NCBI GenBank assembly: GCA_964439345.1
Contig: CAYTNS010000001.1
Location: 13,001 to 71,121, forward strand
Length of the DNA stretch: 58,121 bases
Reading direction: 5' to 3'
Origin: an uncultured Christensenella sp.
Lineage (GTDB): Bacteria > Bacillota > Clostridia > Christensenellales > UBA1242
The number at the start of each line of letters is the position of its first letter. Position 1 is the stretch's first letter. The translations under genes were made by a program, and so were the position numbers. Shown piece by piece: positions 1 to 9,370 of the stretch. Under the pieces are notes generated by a model. It saw only the letters and a program-made list of their open reading frames with translations, was not told the DNA's origin and did no database searches.

Positions 1-326
1 CTATTAACCTCGTCATCAATGCTATCATAATATTTTTCAGCCATTAGATATGTGCTAACCATATTAGGCCTAGCCTCGTCTAATTTTTCTATAATATCTG
101 GATTATCCAATTTATAAGATTTGCTCTTTACGATACTTTTATTTTGGGTATGCGAAATATCTTGAGAAGCATATCCACAATGTGGGCACTGCTCCACAAA
201 ATAATGCCATAGATTAAAGTATCCTGTAGCACCATTATTCTTTTTGGATATATATAAATTTGTCCTTAATTCGTTATCAAAAGCAAATTCATATCCACAT
301 ATACAACACTTTTTAGTTATCATCAT
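1..326 (-). CDS. Zinc-ribbon protein, DUF2225-like (N-terminal part only; gene runs off the left edge)
   Basis: Absent from the ORF track because it is truncated by the window edge. My reverse-complement translation from ATG at 326 reads MMITKKCCICGYEFAFDNELRTNLYISKKNNGATGYFNLWHYFVEQCPHCGYASQDISH... and stays open to position 1. An AGGTGG Shine-Dalgarno lies ~8 nt upstream. The two CxxCGY pairs resemble the zinc ribbon at the start of DUF2225 proteins. Confidence 0.6.
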   Translation of the reverse strand, partial: MMITKKCCICGYEFAFDNELRTNLYISKKNNGATGYFNLWHYFVEQCPHCGYASQDISHTQNKSIVKSKSYKLDNPDIIEKLDEARPNMVSTYLMAEKYYDSIDDEVN

Positions 327-856
327 AGCACCTGCACCACCTTTATTTATTAATTTCATTATAACAAATATTTTTTTCAATTTCAATAAGTTTAGTTTCC
401 TTTGTTTAAAAAGATTTACCCTTTTATATTATATTTTTGTATCATATTCCTAAGTTGTGCATACATAGATGCTATTCGCCATAGCTCTACCACATTATTT
501 TAAAAAGAAAAAACACATTATTTTAAAAGGAAAAAGGCACTTTATTTTAAAGGGATATACTTATAGTATAAGCCCAAACAAAGCGCCTGATATTTAAAAC
601 AATTTACCCCTTTAAGAGTCTTTTCCTCTAAGTGTAAATTGATAAGTCCTTTAATGAGGAAAGACAATCTTTTTCTATCCCCACTTCATACTATTCGTGG
701 GAATACGATTGTGTGACTAACTAATAAATTTAGAAAAAGTTTTAGATAAAACCAATTTAAAATATAACACTCCAAAACACTTTTATTTCTAGATTTACAA
801 TAGCTAATCTCATATTATGGCAAATCATAAAAAAGAGGTTATGCTGTAGCATCATA

Positions 857-1168
857 TTATCTACGATTTTTAGCATAATCCTCAGTTACTTTAAGTAACA
901 TATCAAAGTTGTCATCGTCTGCCGATTTATTCCTCTTTATTTCGCCACACTTAGCACATTTAAAGGATATTATATAACCTTTCTTTGCACTAGGTTCGAC
1001 CATTATAGGTTTCATTAGTCCCAAACAGGTATTTGCCCTATCCCCTGGGATATTATCTATATGAATGGAATGCAAACAATATGGGCAGTGATTTCTACTA
1101 GTGTATTTAAGTGGTGGCACTTCCCTGCCACAATTTCTACATACAAAGGAATTATCATTTTTTATCAT
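857..1168 (-). CDS. RNHCP domain protein (small zinc-ribbon protein)
   Basis: The literal RNHCP motif is present (TSRNHCPYCLHS), with flanking CxxC pairs (CRNCG, CAKCG). The start overlaps the radC-like stop by 14 nt. Confidence 0.85.
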   Translation of the reverse strand: MIKNDNSFVCRNCGREVPPLKYTSRNHCPYCLHSIHIDNIPGDRANTCLGLMKPIMVEPSAKKGYIISFKCAKCGEIKRNKSADDDNFDMLLKVTEDYAKNRR

Positions 1169-1937
1169 AGTTCACCTCGTATCTTGCCTCAGGCTGAGCA
1201 ACAGTCCTACTCTCTAGTAAGTACGCAACCTCTTCCTTGTATTTATCAATCATTCCCTTTTCTCTATAAGAATAGAATTTATCTCCAGCAAGGATTATAT
1301 GGTCGAGCAGGTGACAACCATTAATACTTAAGGTCGTAACTAGTGCCTTAGTGAATTTATTATCTGCCTCCGATGGAGTGGCTTCGCCATCGGGGTGATT
1401 GTGAGCAATTATGATATTAGCGACCTTTAGGGACGACATAATATCCGATATATCTCTAATAGTTACTTTAGCCTCGGTATTGCTACCCGAAGAAACCCTC
1501 TGCACTTTCAATATCTTTGACTTAGGGCTCAATGCCACTATATATAATTCTTCCACAAGTTTGCCTTTAAAGAGCCCCTTGAAATAATCAAAAGTCTGCA
1601 AAGGTGTAACCAGTTCTGTTCTTTTGGCAAGTTTACATCTTTCGTATCTATTGTATATTTTAAGAAAATCGGATATAAATCTAGCCGAGACCTCACCCAT
1701 TCCCTTGACGGTCATTAGTTCTTCGACCGATGACTCAAATACTCCCGATAGTGAACCGAATTTATCTATAAGTTCGTGAGCCAAATCATTGGTATCTTTG
1801 TATGGTATAACAAAAGAAAGTACATATTCTAGTACTTGATAATCGTGAAAATATTCTAGCCCCTCTTTGGCTACTCTATCCCTTAATCTAGACCTATGGC
1901 CATAATGATTATGTTCAGCCACACTTACTCCTTGCAT
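1155..1937 (-). CDS. radC: RadC-like JAB/MPN domain protein (UPF0758)
   Basis: The N-terminus GHRSRLRDRV...FGSLSGVF has the RadC helix-hairpin-helix pattern. The C-terminus carries the JAMM motif IIAHNHPDGEATPSEAD. Confidence 0.9.
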   Translation of the reverse strand: MQGVSVAEHNHYGHRSRLRDRVAKEGLEYFHDYQVLEYVLSFVIPYKDTNDLAHELIDKFGSLSGVFESSVEELMTVKGMGEVSARFISDFLKIYNRYERCKLAKRTELVTPLQTFDYFKGLFKGKLVEELYIVALSPKSKILKVQRVSSGSNTEAKVTIRDISDIMSSLKVANIIIAHNHPDGEATPSEADNKFTKALVTTLSINGCHLLDHIILAGDKFYSYREKGMIDKYKEEVAYLLESRTVAQPEARYEVNYDKK

Positions 1938-2184
1938 ACAATATAGTAATGTAAATATTTAAAATACTAAGCCTATTATTTATCTACTATAAAAGCAAAT
2001 GACCTAATTACCTAGTCAATATTTGCATTATTAAAACACTATAATATTTATTATGTTACACCAAATCCACCCTTTTTGCAAGTAAAGTTATTTGTTTGAT
2101 TGACGATAAAAACTTTTTACTTTATACTAATTAAGTAATGTGATTAATACATACTATGTGTATTATATAAGTAAGGAGTAAAAT

Positions 2185-3033
2185 ATGGCTTTTAGAATAA
2201 CTTGCGAGAGCAGTGCCGACCTGAGTGCTGAAATGTACAAAAAATACGATATCCCTGTCCTTCCCTTCGCTATATCTATAGGAGAAAAAGAATACAGAGA
2301 TTTCGATTTAACCAACGAAGAACTATTTGAGCAGGTAAATAAAACTGGTACTTTGCCAAAGACATCGGCTTTTAATGAGTATGACTATGAAGAATTTTTC
2401 AAAAAAGAAAATAAAGGCGATGGCATAATCCACTTCTGCATTAGTAGCAAAATATCCTCTACATACAATAATGCCAAAAGGGCTGCCGAGAAGATGGAAA
2501 ATGTATATGTAATAGATAGTATGTCGCTATCCTCCGGTACTGGATTACAGGTAATGTATGCTATTAAACTAAGAGACCAAGGAGTGCCTATTGAAAAGGC
2601 TGTAGAACTTATCAATAATAGAAGGTCAGCTGTACAAATTAGCTTTGTGGTAGATACACTTAAATACTTGCACAAGGGTGGCAGATGTTCGGCTCTAGCA
2701 CTACTAGGTTCAAACCTACTTAGCATCAAACCTAGCATTGTACTTAAAGACGGCAAAATGCTTGTTGGCAAAAAGTATGTAGGCAAAATACATAAATGCC
2801 TAGAAAAATATGTATCAGACACTCTAGCAGAATTTAATAATCCCGACCCAGAACTATGCTTCATAACATACAGTTCGGCAACTGAAGAGATGAAAAATAT
2901 CACCCACGATATTTTAAATAAAAATGGTAAATTTAAAAACATTATAGAGACCACTGCCGGTTGCACAGTTGCAACACATTGTGGACCTAATACACTAGGC
3001 ATAATATACTACAATGATGGTGGAGAAAAATAA
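2185..3033 (+). CDS. DegV family fatty-acid-binding protein
   Basis: Length is typical (282 aa). Matching segments include ITCESSADL, the VIDSMSLSSGTG motif and the C-terminal CGPNTLGI. A GGAG Shine-Dalgarno precedes the ATG. Confidence 0.9.
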   Translation: MAFRITCESSADLSAEMYKKYDIPVLPFAISIGEKEYRDFDLTNEELFEQVNKTGTLPKTSAFNEYDYEEFFKKENKGDGIIHFCISSKISSTYNNAKRAAEKMENVYVIDSMSLSSGTGLQVMYAIKLRDQGVPIEKAVELINNRRSAVQISFVVDTLKYLHKGGRCSALALLGSNLLSIKPSIVLKDGKMLVGKKYVGKIHKCLEKYVSDTLAEFNNPDPELCFITYSSATEEMKNITHDILNKNGKFKNIIETTAGCTVATHCGPNTLGIIYYNDGGEK

Positions 3034-3171
3034 TTTACTCACATCTAATGTAGCAATGTGTAATTGTGAATATCCCAAAATCTTATTTATAAATAAATTA
3101 CCCTATTTACTAATAGCATTTATGCCCCAAAAATAAGATTTTAATAAAACCAATAGAATAAAATTGAATAC

Positions 3172-3213
3172 AAAAAAAGATAAGGTTAGTTACTTACGGC
3201 CTTATCTTTTTTA
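3172..3213. terminator. Bidirectional intrinsic terminator between convergent degV and the transglutaminase gene
   Basis: The stem agataagg / ccttatct is flanked by an A-run upstream and a T-run downstream. Confidence 0.6.
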
Positions 3214-3305
3214 TTTGTATTTTTACTAAATGTGTTTCTAAAAATGTGTGTTTACTAAGTTAACTTTAATCTTCCCCATATCATTACACTTTAATAGAAC
3301 CTCAC

Positions 3306-5762
3306 TTACTCATTTGTCGATATAGTCATCGAATAGACGGTTGCATATAGTAGGTCGTTATCGGTCTCATCGTAAACACAATATGTTTCAGCCACTTCAA
3401 ACGATAGAGATATATTTGCGTCCTCAAGAGCTGAGGCAAATAAATGATTTATCATCTTGATATAATCGCTAATATAATCTACGCCATTACCCCTCTTTAA
3501 GACTTCGTTATCCACATAAATATTTACAGTTCCCGTAATACCCTTTTCGCTTAGAGCATTTACTAGATGGGTAATGTCATCATCTCCATCTATTAGATAA
3601 TTATGTGTAAATGTGTAAACTAGTCCCAAAGAGCCATCGTTATCATATACTATGGCATCGGTTGAGTATGCCATAAATATATATTGCTCGGCAAATTTAT
3701 TTTCCTTTAACACTGGGATAATATTGCTTTTGAGCAGAGTATAGCCGATATCTCCCTTTGTGGTATATTCCTTGCCTGTAGATTCTCTATATTTAGCCTT
3801 TAGATAGTCTAGGTCGAATATCATTTCCACGGTATCCAAAGAATTTAACATCATATAATCAAATAATGCTGATATATCGTCATCATTATCGATTACTGCA
3901 TCGTACTTTTGACCATTATATTCAAATTGTCTACATCTATAATACTCGTACATATCGGGAGCTGGTAGACTTTTAAATTCTTCCCTATATGGATAATCGG
4001 TGTGGGTATCCTCTACCATTGCATCATCTACTAAGAAGTATTTATGCGATAGTATTTCATTTGTATATGAACTATATATCTCCGTCCAAGTAATATCTAC
4101 TATATAATACTGAGCAGGGATATTATCGCTAGGGTCTTTATCTAGTAGAACTTTATTCCACGCGTGACCACCCTCGCTACCATCGGATACAGCTGTACCC
4201 ACTATCCTAATAGCATCAATATCTAGCATATTACACATTAGACTAAATGCCTTTGAGAACCCATCGCACACTGCTGTACCCTTATCAAATACTCCCTCTA
4301 GGTAATAACAAGGGTACTCGGTAGGAATGGTATTGTCATCGGAGTAAGCGCTATAATCGTATACTGTATTTATACATATCCAATCGAATATGGATAGTAC
4401 CTTTTCAAAATCGGACATCTCGGTGGAAATAATATCACCCAAAACATCTTTAGCCTCGTTATAAATCCTATAGGCTCTAGAGGTAGTATTTTTAAATACT
4501 GGGGTTACCTTATTTTCTACTGCCCAATACAATTCCTCGGTGGTTGTAACCTCGGTTTCTAAAAACCAATTATCACTGGCAAACACGTAATCTTCCGACA
4601 TATCGGATAGCATAGTGTAATCAACTGTATCGTAATATCCTACCGACCTTTCTTGGGTCATAACATATTCTTGTGCCACTTTTTTATTTAGGTCACATTC
4701 GTAAACACCTAGGTAGCTTACTTTAATATTATATGTCATATCTTTGGAGGAAATCGCTTTAGCAAAGTATCTATCTTCACCTACCACATTACCAGCCATA
4801 TATGCCATAGTTTCAGAGAACGAACCGAAGCCATATTGATAAATAAGTAAGTCTAGACATTCCTCAAAATTGCCACCGTCAAATAGCATTGCCATATCAT
4901 AGATTTCTTTGGAAATCTTGATATTAAAATCTTCCTCTCTATAGATAAAAGAGTGGTAAATCAAAGTTTGCAATTCATCTAGGGTATTGATGTAATGATC
5001 ATAAATTTTGCCATCAAAGGTATAGATATTGTCATTACCTGTATATCCAGAAAAATTATCTGGGTTGTAGTATAGATAGTCGCTAACTATGCGTTTCTCG
5101 CCATCAACTGGGGCAACTATCCTAATAACACTTATTTCTTTTTTAAATCTAACACCCGTCAAAGGTACGATAAATTTATTTGAAGCCTCATTATAATAGG
5201 TCTCGGATATTGGGTACTCCCTATAGCCTAAATCATTGGAATATATGGCTAGGCTATAATCGGAAAGTTGAACCTCCGAAACAGGCATAAACATCACCCT
5301 ATTAGTATCATCATAAAAAAGTCTAACTTTTCCATCACTCTCACCAAAAGTGGGTGCAGATACTATATCTTCCTTATCGCTATCATTGTGATATGTTGCT
5401 ACCTGATTAACCGAATACATACTAGTATACGAGCCCGAAGACCTACGGGCTTCTACCCTAAACTTATAATCTCCGGCATCTTCTAGTAAGTATCCAAATT
5501 TGTAGATACACTCATCGCTATCAACGGTATCTACCAATTCATCATTACAGTATATATTGTATGATTTAGCATTCTTGACTCCCTGCCAAGAGAATGCCTT
5601 GCTATCCTCGTATATGGTGAGGGCATACTCATCGTCATCGCCCGAGCAATTAAAGGTAGCGTCCAGTAGTCCACAGCCACCCAAGATAGGAAAAGCCATA
5701 CATAGCACTAATGCTAGTACAACTAATATCTTTTTAGTCTTCTTCAATATTTTCCCTCCCAT
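3306..5762 (-). CDS. Transglutaminase-core (Cys-His-Asp) lipoprotein, 818 aa; last gene of the fibre operon
   Basis: Lipobox signal peptide (FPILGGC). The transglutaminase-like core reads GTAVCDGFSKAFSLMCNMLDIDAIRIVG...GGHAWNKVLLD...YYIVDITW. The N-terminal module AFSWQGVKNAKSYNIY matches the W-x2-V-x2-A-x2-Y modules of the giant protein. The true start may be TTG at 5747, 6 nt after a GGAGGG. Confidence 0.8.
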   Translation of the reverse strand: MGGKILKKTKKILVVLALVLCMAFPILGGCGLLDATFNCSGDDDEYALTIYEDSKAFSWQGVKNAKSYNIYCNDELVDTVDSDECIYKFGYLLEDAGDYKFRVEARRSSGSYTSMYSVNQVATYHNDSDKEDIVSAPTFGESDGKVRLFYDDTNRVMFMPVSEVQLSDYSLAIYSNDLGYREYPISETYYNEASNKFIVPLTGVRFKKEISVIRIVAPVDGEKRIVSDYLYYNPDNFSGYTGNDNIYTFDGKIYDHYINTLDELQTLIYHSFIYREEDFNIKISKEIYDMAMLFDGGNFEECLDLLIYQYGFGSFSETMAYMAGNVVGEDRYFAKAISSKDMTYNIKVSYLGVYECDLNKKVAQEYVMTQERSVGYYDTVDYTMLSDMSEDYVFASDNWFLETEVTTTEELYWAVENKVTPVFKNTTSRAYRIYNEAKDVLGDIISTEMSDFEKVLSIFDWICINTVYDYSAYSDDNTIPTEYPCYYLEGVFDKGTAVCDGFSKAFSLMCNMLDIDAIRIVGTAVSDGSEGGHAWNKVLLDKDPSDNIPAQYYIVDITWTEIYSSYTNEILSHKYFLVDDAMVEDTHTDYPYREEFKSLPAPDMYEYYRCRQFEYNGQKYDAVIDNDDDISALFDYMMLNSLDTVEMIFDLDYLKAKYRESTGKEYTTKGDIGYTLLKSNIIPVLKENKFAEQYIFMAYSTDAIVYDNDGSLGLVYTFTHNYLIDGDDDITHLVNALSEKGITGTVNIYVDNEVLKRGNGVDYISDYIKMINHLFASALEDANISLSFEVAETYCVYDETDNDLLYATVYSMTISTNE

Positions 5763-5783
5763 ATAATTATATGCTTTTATCTA

Positions 5784-6734
5784 CTATTTAGTAATCTCCA
5801 TAACCCAGTACTTAGGTGCAGTTGGCCAAGCCTTGCCGGTAGCCACATTCTCCTGTACTGCCTCTATCGACTCCACAATTACCTGTATCTGTCCGTACTT
5901 GCCACCATCATCACAACTAATATTATCCCCAACAAATTCCAGTTCAGTGAATAATTCCACCCTCTGCTGGAATGCAAGGGAGCCTCTGTAATAATAATAT
6001 CCATCGTCAAATTGTGCACCATTGGTGATAGTCTCTTCATCTTCTAGATTGTATCTATACCACATCTCACCCACATTAGGACTCAAGATGTCGTATCTTT
6101 CCTCGTAACCTAGTACTAGAACTAATTTAAACCTAACATAAGTATTAGGTGGGGTATTACCTATATTATTTAGTGAGTCACCCCTATAGTCATTGGAATT
6201 TCGGGCATAAGCTCTTAGTGGGATTTTATCCCCTGGGTTTATTTCCCTCAAGACCTCTTGACCAGTCTCGGTAACCAGTGTCAGTGCCGACTTATTCTCT
6301 ATCTTCATACTGACTCTAATATCATAAGCCTCTTCCTGACCCGTACTATTACGGCCTAGGAATATTACAAATACTGCTAGTAGGGCTATAACCACAAGTA
6401 CTAGGAGTAAGGCTATAATTCCCTTGATTTTCTTACTAGCCTCACCCCTATCCCTTTTAGGTTTTGCCTTGGCAGATGCAGTAGGAGTAGTTGTGCTACC
6501 ACCTCCGGTAGCCCTATTTCTAAGCCTCTCTAAGGCTTCTCTCTCCCTCTCGGCATCGGTAGGAACATATTCCACCTCGTCCACTATATCCGGCCTATTA
6601 TTCCTATCATAAGTAGGTCTAGGCTTAGTAACATCTATGGGGTTATTATAATCGGGAGGCTTAGGTGTGGACGGCTGATTATTAGGCGAACTATTTGAGC
6701 CCGACTGATTATATTTATTTCTATCATCTTCCAT
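5784..6734 (-). CDS. Membrane-anchored paralog of the TasA-like proteins, with a Pro/Asn-rich N-terminal tail and a single TM
   Basis: About 105 aa of low-complexity, basic tail are followed by the TM IIALLLVLVVIALLAVFVIFL. The ectodomain shares motifs with the three upstream proteins: YVRFKLVL (cf. YVRVKLSV, YVRVRFTS), GYYYYRG (cf. FYYYIGY), VESIEAVQEN (cf. VEAIQTKN, FESIQRQYG) and WPTAPKYW (cf. WQTAPQIF). An AGGAGG Shine-Dalgarno is present. Confidence 0.6.
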   Translation of the reverse strand: MEDDRNKYNQSGSNSSPNNQPSTPKPPDYNNPIDVTKPRPTYDRNNRPDIVDEVEYVPTDAEREREALERLRNRATGGGSTTTPTASAKAKPKRDRGEASKKIKGIIALLLVLVVIALLAVFVIFLGRNSTGQEEAYDIRVSMKIENKSALTLVTETGQEVLREINPGDKIPLRAYARNSNDYRGDSLNNIGNTPPNTYVRFKLVLVLGYEERYDILSPNVGEMWYRYNLEDEETITNGAQFDDGYYYYRGSLAFQQRVELFTELEFVGDNISCDDGGKYGQIQVIVESIEAVQENVATGKAWPTAPKYWVMEITK

Positions 6735-6902
6735 ACTGTATTACCTCCTTCATTTTTCACCTTTATAAATATTTTAAATTCTATGCTATATAAATAATAA
6801 CATTATATTTTAATAATAACTTTATACTATGGCAGATAACTAATTTGAGATACATCTATTATATTTTAGATATCCACCATTTCAATCTTATCTATTCTTA
6901 AT

Positions 6903-7733
6903 TTATTCACCAGTAACTGGTTCCAAATCTTCTATATCGCCAAGGGCAAAATTCCACCAAGGACCATAACCTGGGTTGGTTAGTGGGTCGGGAACGTTTT
7001 TGGTCTGTATTGCCTCAACGGTATAATTGATATGTATTTTGCAATTAGCTTGAGCATTGGTGATATTAAATTTGCTTAGCATAATGTAGCCATCAATGAA
7101 TACGAATTGCTCCATATCATAAGCCACTCTAGCCGAAATATTTCCACCCAAATCGGTAGACTTTAGCACATACCAATAATCGGCAGGTTTTTCACTAGCC
7201 TCGCCCTCGTATTCGGCATATCTATTAAAGTCCACCCTTTGCCAAAGGCTATCGCTAGGAGTATCTACATACTCTATCTGTCCCTTATCTGCCAAATCTT
7301 GCAATTCACTTACTTCGCCAGTATAGATATTCTCATAACTTACAGATAATTTAACTCTAACATAAGCAGGAGAAGAGGCTGTAATGCCATCACCAATCTG
7401 CATACCTAGTCTTAGCTTTAGCCTATCCCCTGGGTATACTCTAGTATTGTATTCCTCTAGAATATCAGTCTTCATAGTATGTTTCAATACGGGATTGCCG
7501 TCCGAACCTATGACATTATTACCCTCTTTGTCCACAACATTTTCAAATTCAGTAATATAGATATTAACTGGATTGGAAAGGATAATATCGGCTGTATCTG
7601 ACCTAGTCCTAATATACCACGCAGCAGTTGACGAAACAATCATTAGCACCACTATCAGTATTGCTAATGCAAGTATTATCATATTCTGCGTTTGTATTCG
7701 TTTTTTATATTCTTGAACATCTCTTTTAGGCAT
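6903..7733 (-). CDS. TasA/camelysin-like secreted protein with SipW-cognate-type signal peptide (paralog 3)
   Basis: The N-terminus has a basic region, a TM, then SSTAAWYIRTRSD. C-terminal motifs are YVRVKLSV and YTVEAIQTKN (cf. TasA FEATQ). Confidence 0.65.
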   Translation of the reverse strand: MPKRDVQEYKKRIQTQNMIILALAILIVVLMIVSSTAAWYIRTRSDTADIILSNPVNIYITEFENVVDKEGNNVIGSDGNPVLKHTMKTDILEEYNTRVYPGDRLKLRLGMQIGDGITASSPAYVRVKLSVSYENIYTGEVSELQDLADKGQIEYVDTPSDSLWQRVDFNRYAEYEGEASEKPADYWYVLKSTDLGGNISARVAYDMEQFVFIDGYIMLSKFNITNAQANCKIHINYTVEAIQTKNVPDPLTNPGYGPWWNFALGDIEDLEPVTGE

Positions 7734-7761
7734 AAGTGCTTCGTCCTTTTATTTTAAGAGT

Positions 7762-8430
7762 TTAATCATTTGGGTCGTGTTTAATTTCGCCATCTTTTTC
7801 TACAAAGTCTTTGAATATCTGTGGTGCAGTCTGCCATGATTCGTCACTAGCAGATGCTCCATATTGCCTCTGGATACTCTCGAAATATAGAGTAATCTTG
7901 CAGGGCTCTCCAGCCTTAGAATTATTAAGAGTATTATCCACATAATAACCGGCATTAAATTGCGTATCATTATCGTCTATATATCCTATATAGTAATAAA
8001 AATCATCACTGGCATTGTAGAACCATTTATTTTCGGTAGCCGAAGTATAAGCATTGGTTGTAGTATAATTACCAGCAAAATGCAAGGTAAGTTCGGGTCT
8101 AGTAGATGTAAATCTAACCCTAACATACGCACCATCTATATTGTGCTCTTCACTAGTCTTTATATATGTGCCTATATCTTTATTATTTTTATCTAATAGA
8201 TAAGTAGTATCGGGAGCTAAAACTAAATTTCTAAAATCAAAATTGGTGGTGATGTCTAAATCTAGAGTACCTATTACAGCCACCGAAGACTCGGGGTTTG
8301 ATGTAGTACTTTCGTCCTCAAACCACGAAGTAGTTACCCTAACCACTCCCCACACAAAAGCCACCAGTATCAGTGCTACTAGTATTATGTAATAACCATA
8401 ATCAAACTTTGACTTTTGTCCTAGTTTCAT
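7762..8430 (-). CDS. TasA/camelysin-like secreted protein with SipW-cognate-type signal peptide (paralog 2)
   Basis: After the TM comes VTTSWFEDESTTSNPESSVAVIGTLDLDI, which compares with B. subtilis TasA GGGTWAAFND...SGTLDL as I recall it. The C-terminal FESIQRQYG compares with TasA FEATQWNG. Confidence 0.7.
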   Translation of the reverse strand: MKLGQKSKFDYGYYIILVALILVAFVWGVVRVTTSWFEDESTTSNPESSVAVIGTLDLDITTNFDFRNLVLAPDTTYLLDKNNKDIGTYIKTSEEHNIDGAYVRVRFTSTRPELTLHFAGNYTTTNAYTSATENKWFYNASDDFYYYIGYIDDNDTQFNAGYYVDNTLNNSKAGEPCKITLYFESIQRQYGASASDESWQTAPQIFKDFVEKDGEIKHDPND

Positions 8431-8489
8431 ATTTCCTCCCTCTACTATTTTTTATTTCCTATCGTGTCGCAACAACGGAAAATTTAATC

Positions 8490-9353
8490 TTATAACCAAC
8501 CCAACCAGCCAGTATTTTCACTACCCGACAAATCACAAGGAATGGTCGAACCAAATGGGAATGCTGGAACTGGAATTAAATTGGTCTCTCCATTAGGATA
8601 CAAGTCCTTCATATAACTATCCGGAACTGTAAACTTGGAATATTTTCTAGTATCGCCCTCCATAGTAACGGTCGTTACATTAGATGGGCTATTTTCGTAA
8701 ACTTTTTTGTAAATATTACCAGAATACGCTACAGCATCTACCGTAACGGATACTAGTATTTCTTTACTCTCGTACCCAGTAGGTATGGTTATATCGGTTA
8801 TAATAGGTATTTCTCTGGTTTTGGAAGACACACCATTTAATACGTATGGCTCTAGCCTCTCATTTAAGTACAAGTCGCCTGTAGCCACACCATTATTTGC
8901 ACCTAGCGACTGATACCAACCAGTAGTATTCATATTTATTTTAACTGCACCAGTCGTCATAACCTCGGGTGAACCTAGCAAATACACAATATTATTATTG
9001 TTATCTACCGAGTACACTCTGATAGTTGCTCTAACTAGTATATCCACTGTACCGGTATTTCTAATCTTTAGGCTTAGCCTACGAGAAGTAGAACCGGTAG
9101 GAATGGAATATGGGGAAGCACAACTCCAAGACGAGCCATTTTCGTGAGAGGTAGTATGGGTGACATTATTGCCATCGGCATATATCTCCACAGCCACTGT
9201 ACCAATCTCTAAGTTATCATCTACACTATCGTAAGAATAATCTTTCTTTAACCACGCAAGAACAGAGCCAACTAGGACACATACTACCAGTACTAGTGTC
9301 ACTAGGATTATTATGAATTGTTCTTTGTGCCTTTTACTACTATATGTATCCAC
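8490..9353 (-). CDS. TasA/camelysin-like secreted protein with SipW-cognate-type signal peptide (paralog 1)
   Basis: GTG start 4 nt after a GGAGG. The N-terminus has a basic region, a TM, then VLAWLKKDYSYDSVDDNLEIGTVAVEIY. LKIRNTGTVDILVRATIRV has the TasA-like beta pattern. It starts 17 nt downstream of sipW. Confidence 0.65.
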   Translation of the reverse strand: MDTYSSKRHKEQFIIILVTLVLVVCVLVGSVLAWLKKDYSYDSVDDNLEIGTVAVEIYADGNNVTHTTSHENGSSWSCASPYSIPTGSTSRRLSLKIRNTGTVDILVRATIRVYSVDNNNNIVYLLGSPEVMTTGAVKINMNTTGWYQSLGANNGVATGDLYLNERLEPYVLNGVSSKTREIPIITDITIPTGYESKEILVSVTVDAVAYSGNIYKKVYENSPSNVTTVTMEGDTRKYSKFTVPDSYMKDLYPNGETNLIPVPAFPFGSTIPCDLSGSENTGWLGWL

Positions 9354-9370
9354 AGCCCCTCCTTTATTTA

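Noticed and set aside
244-453. 69-aa plus-strand ORF at the left end.
   Set aside because: It is antisense to and overlaps the better-supported DUF2225-like CDS and its Shine-Dalgarno. The peptide is low-complexity and Ile/Phe-rich.
2385-3002. 205-aa minus-strand ORF.
   Set aside because: It is fully antisense within degV, with Ser/Leu-rich shadow-frame composition.
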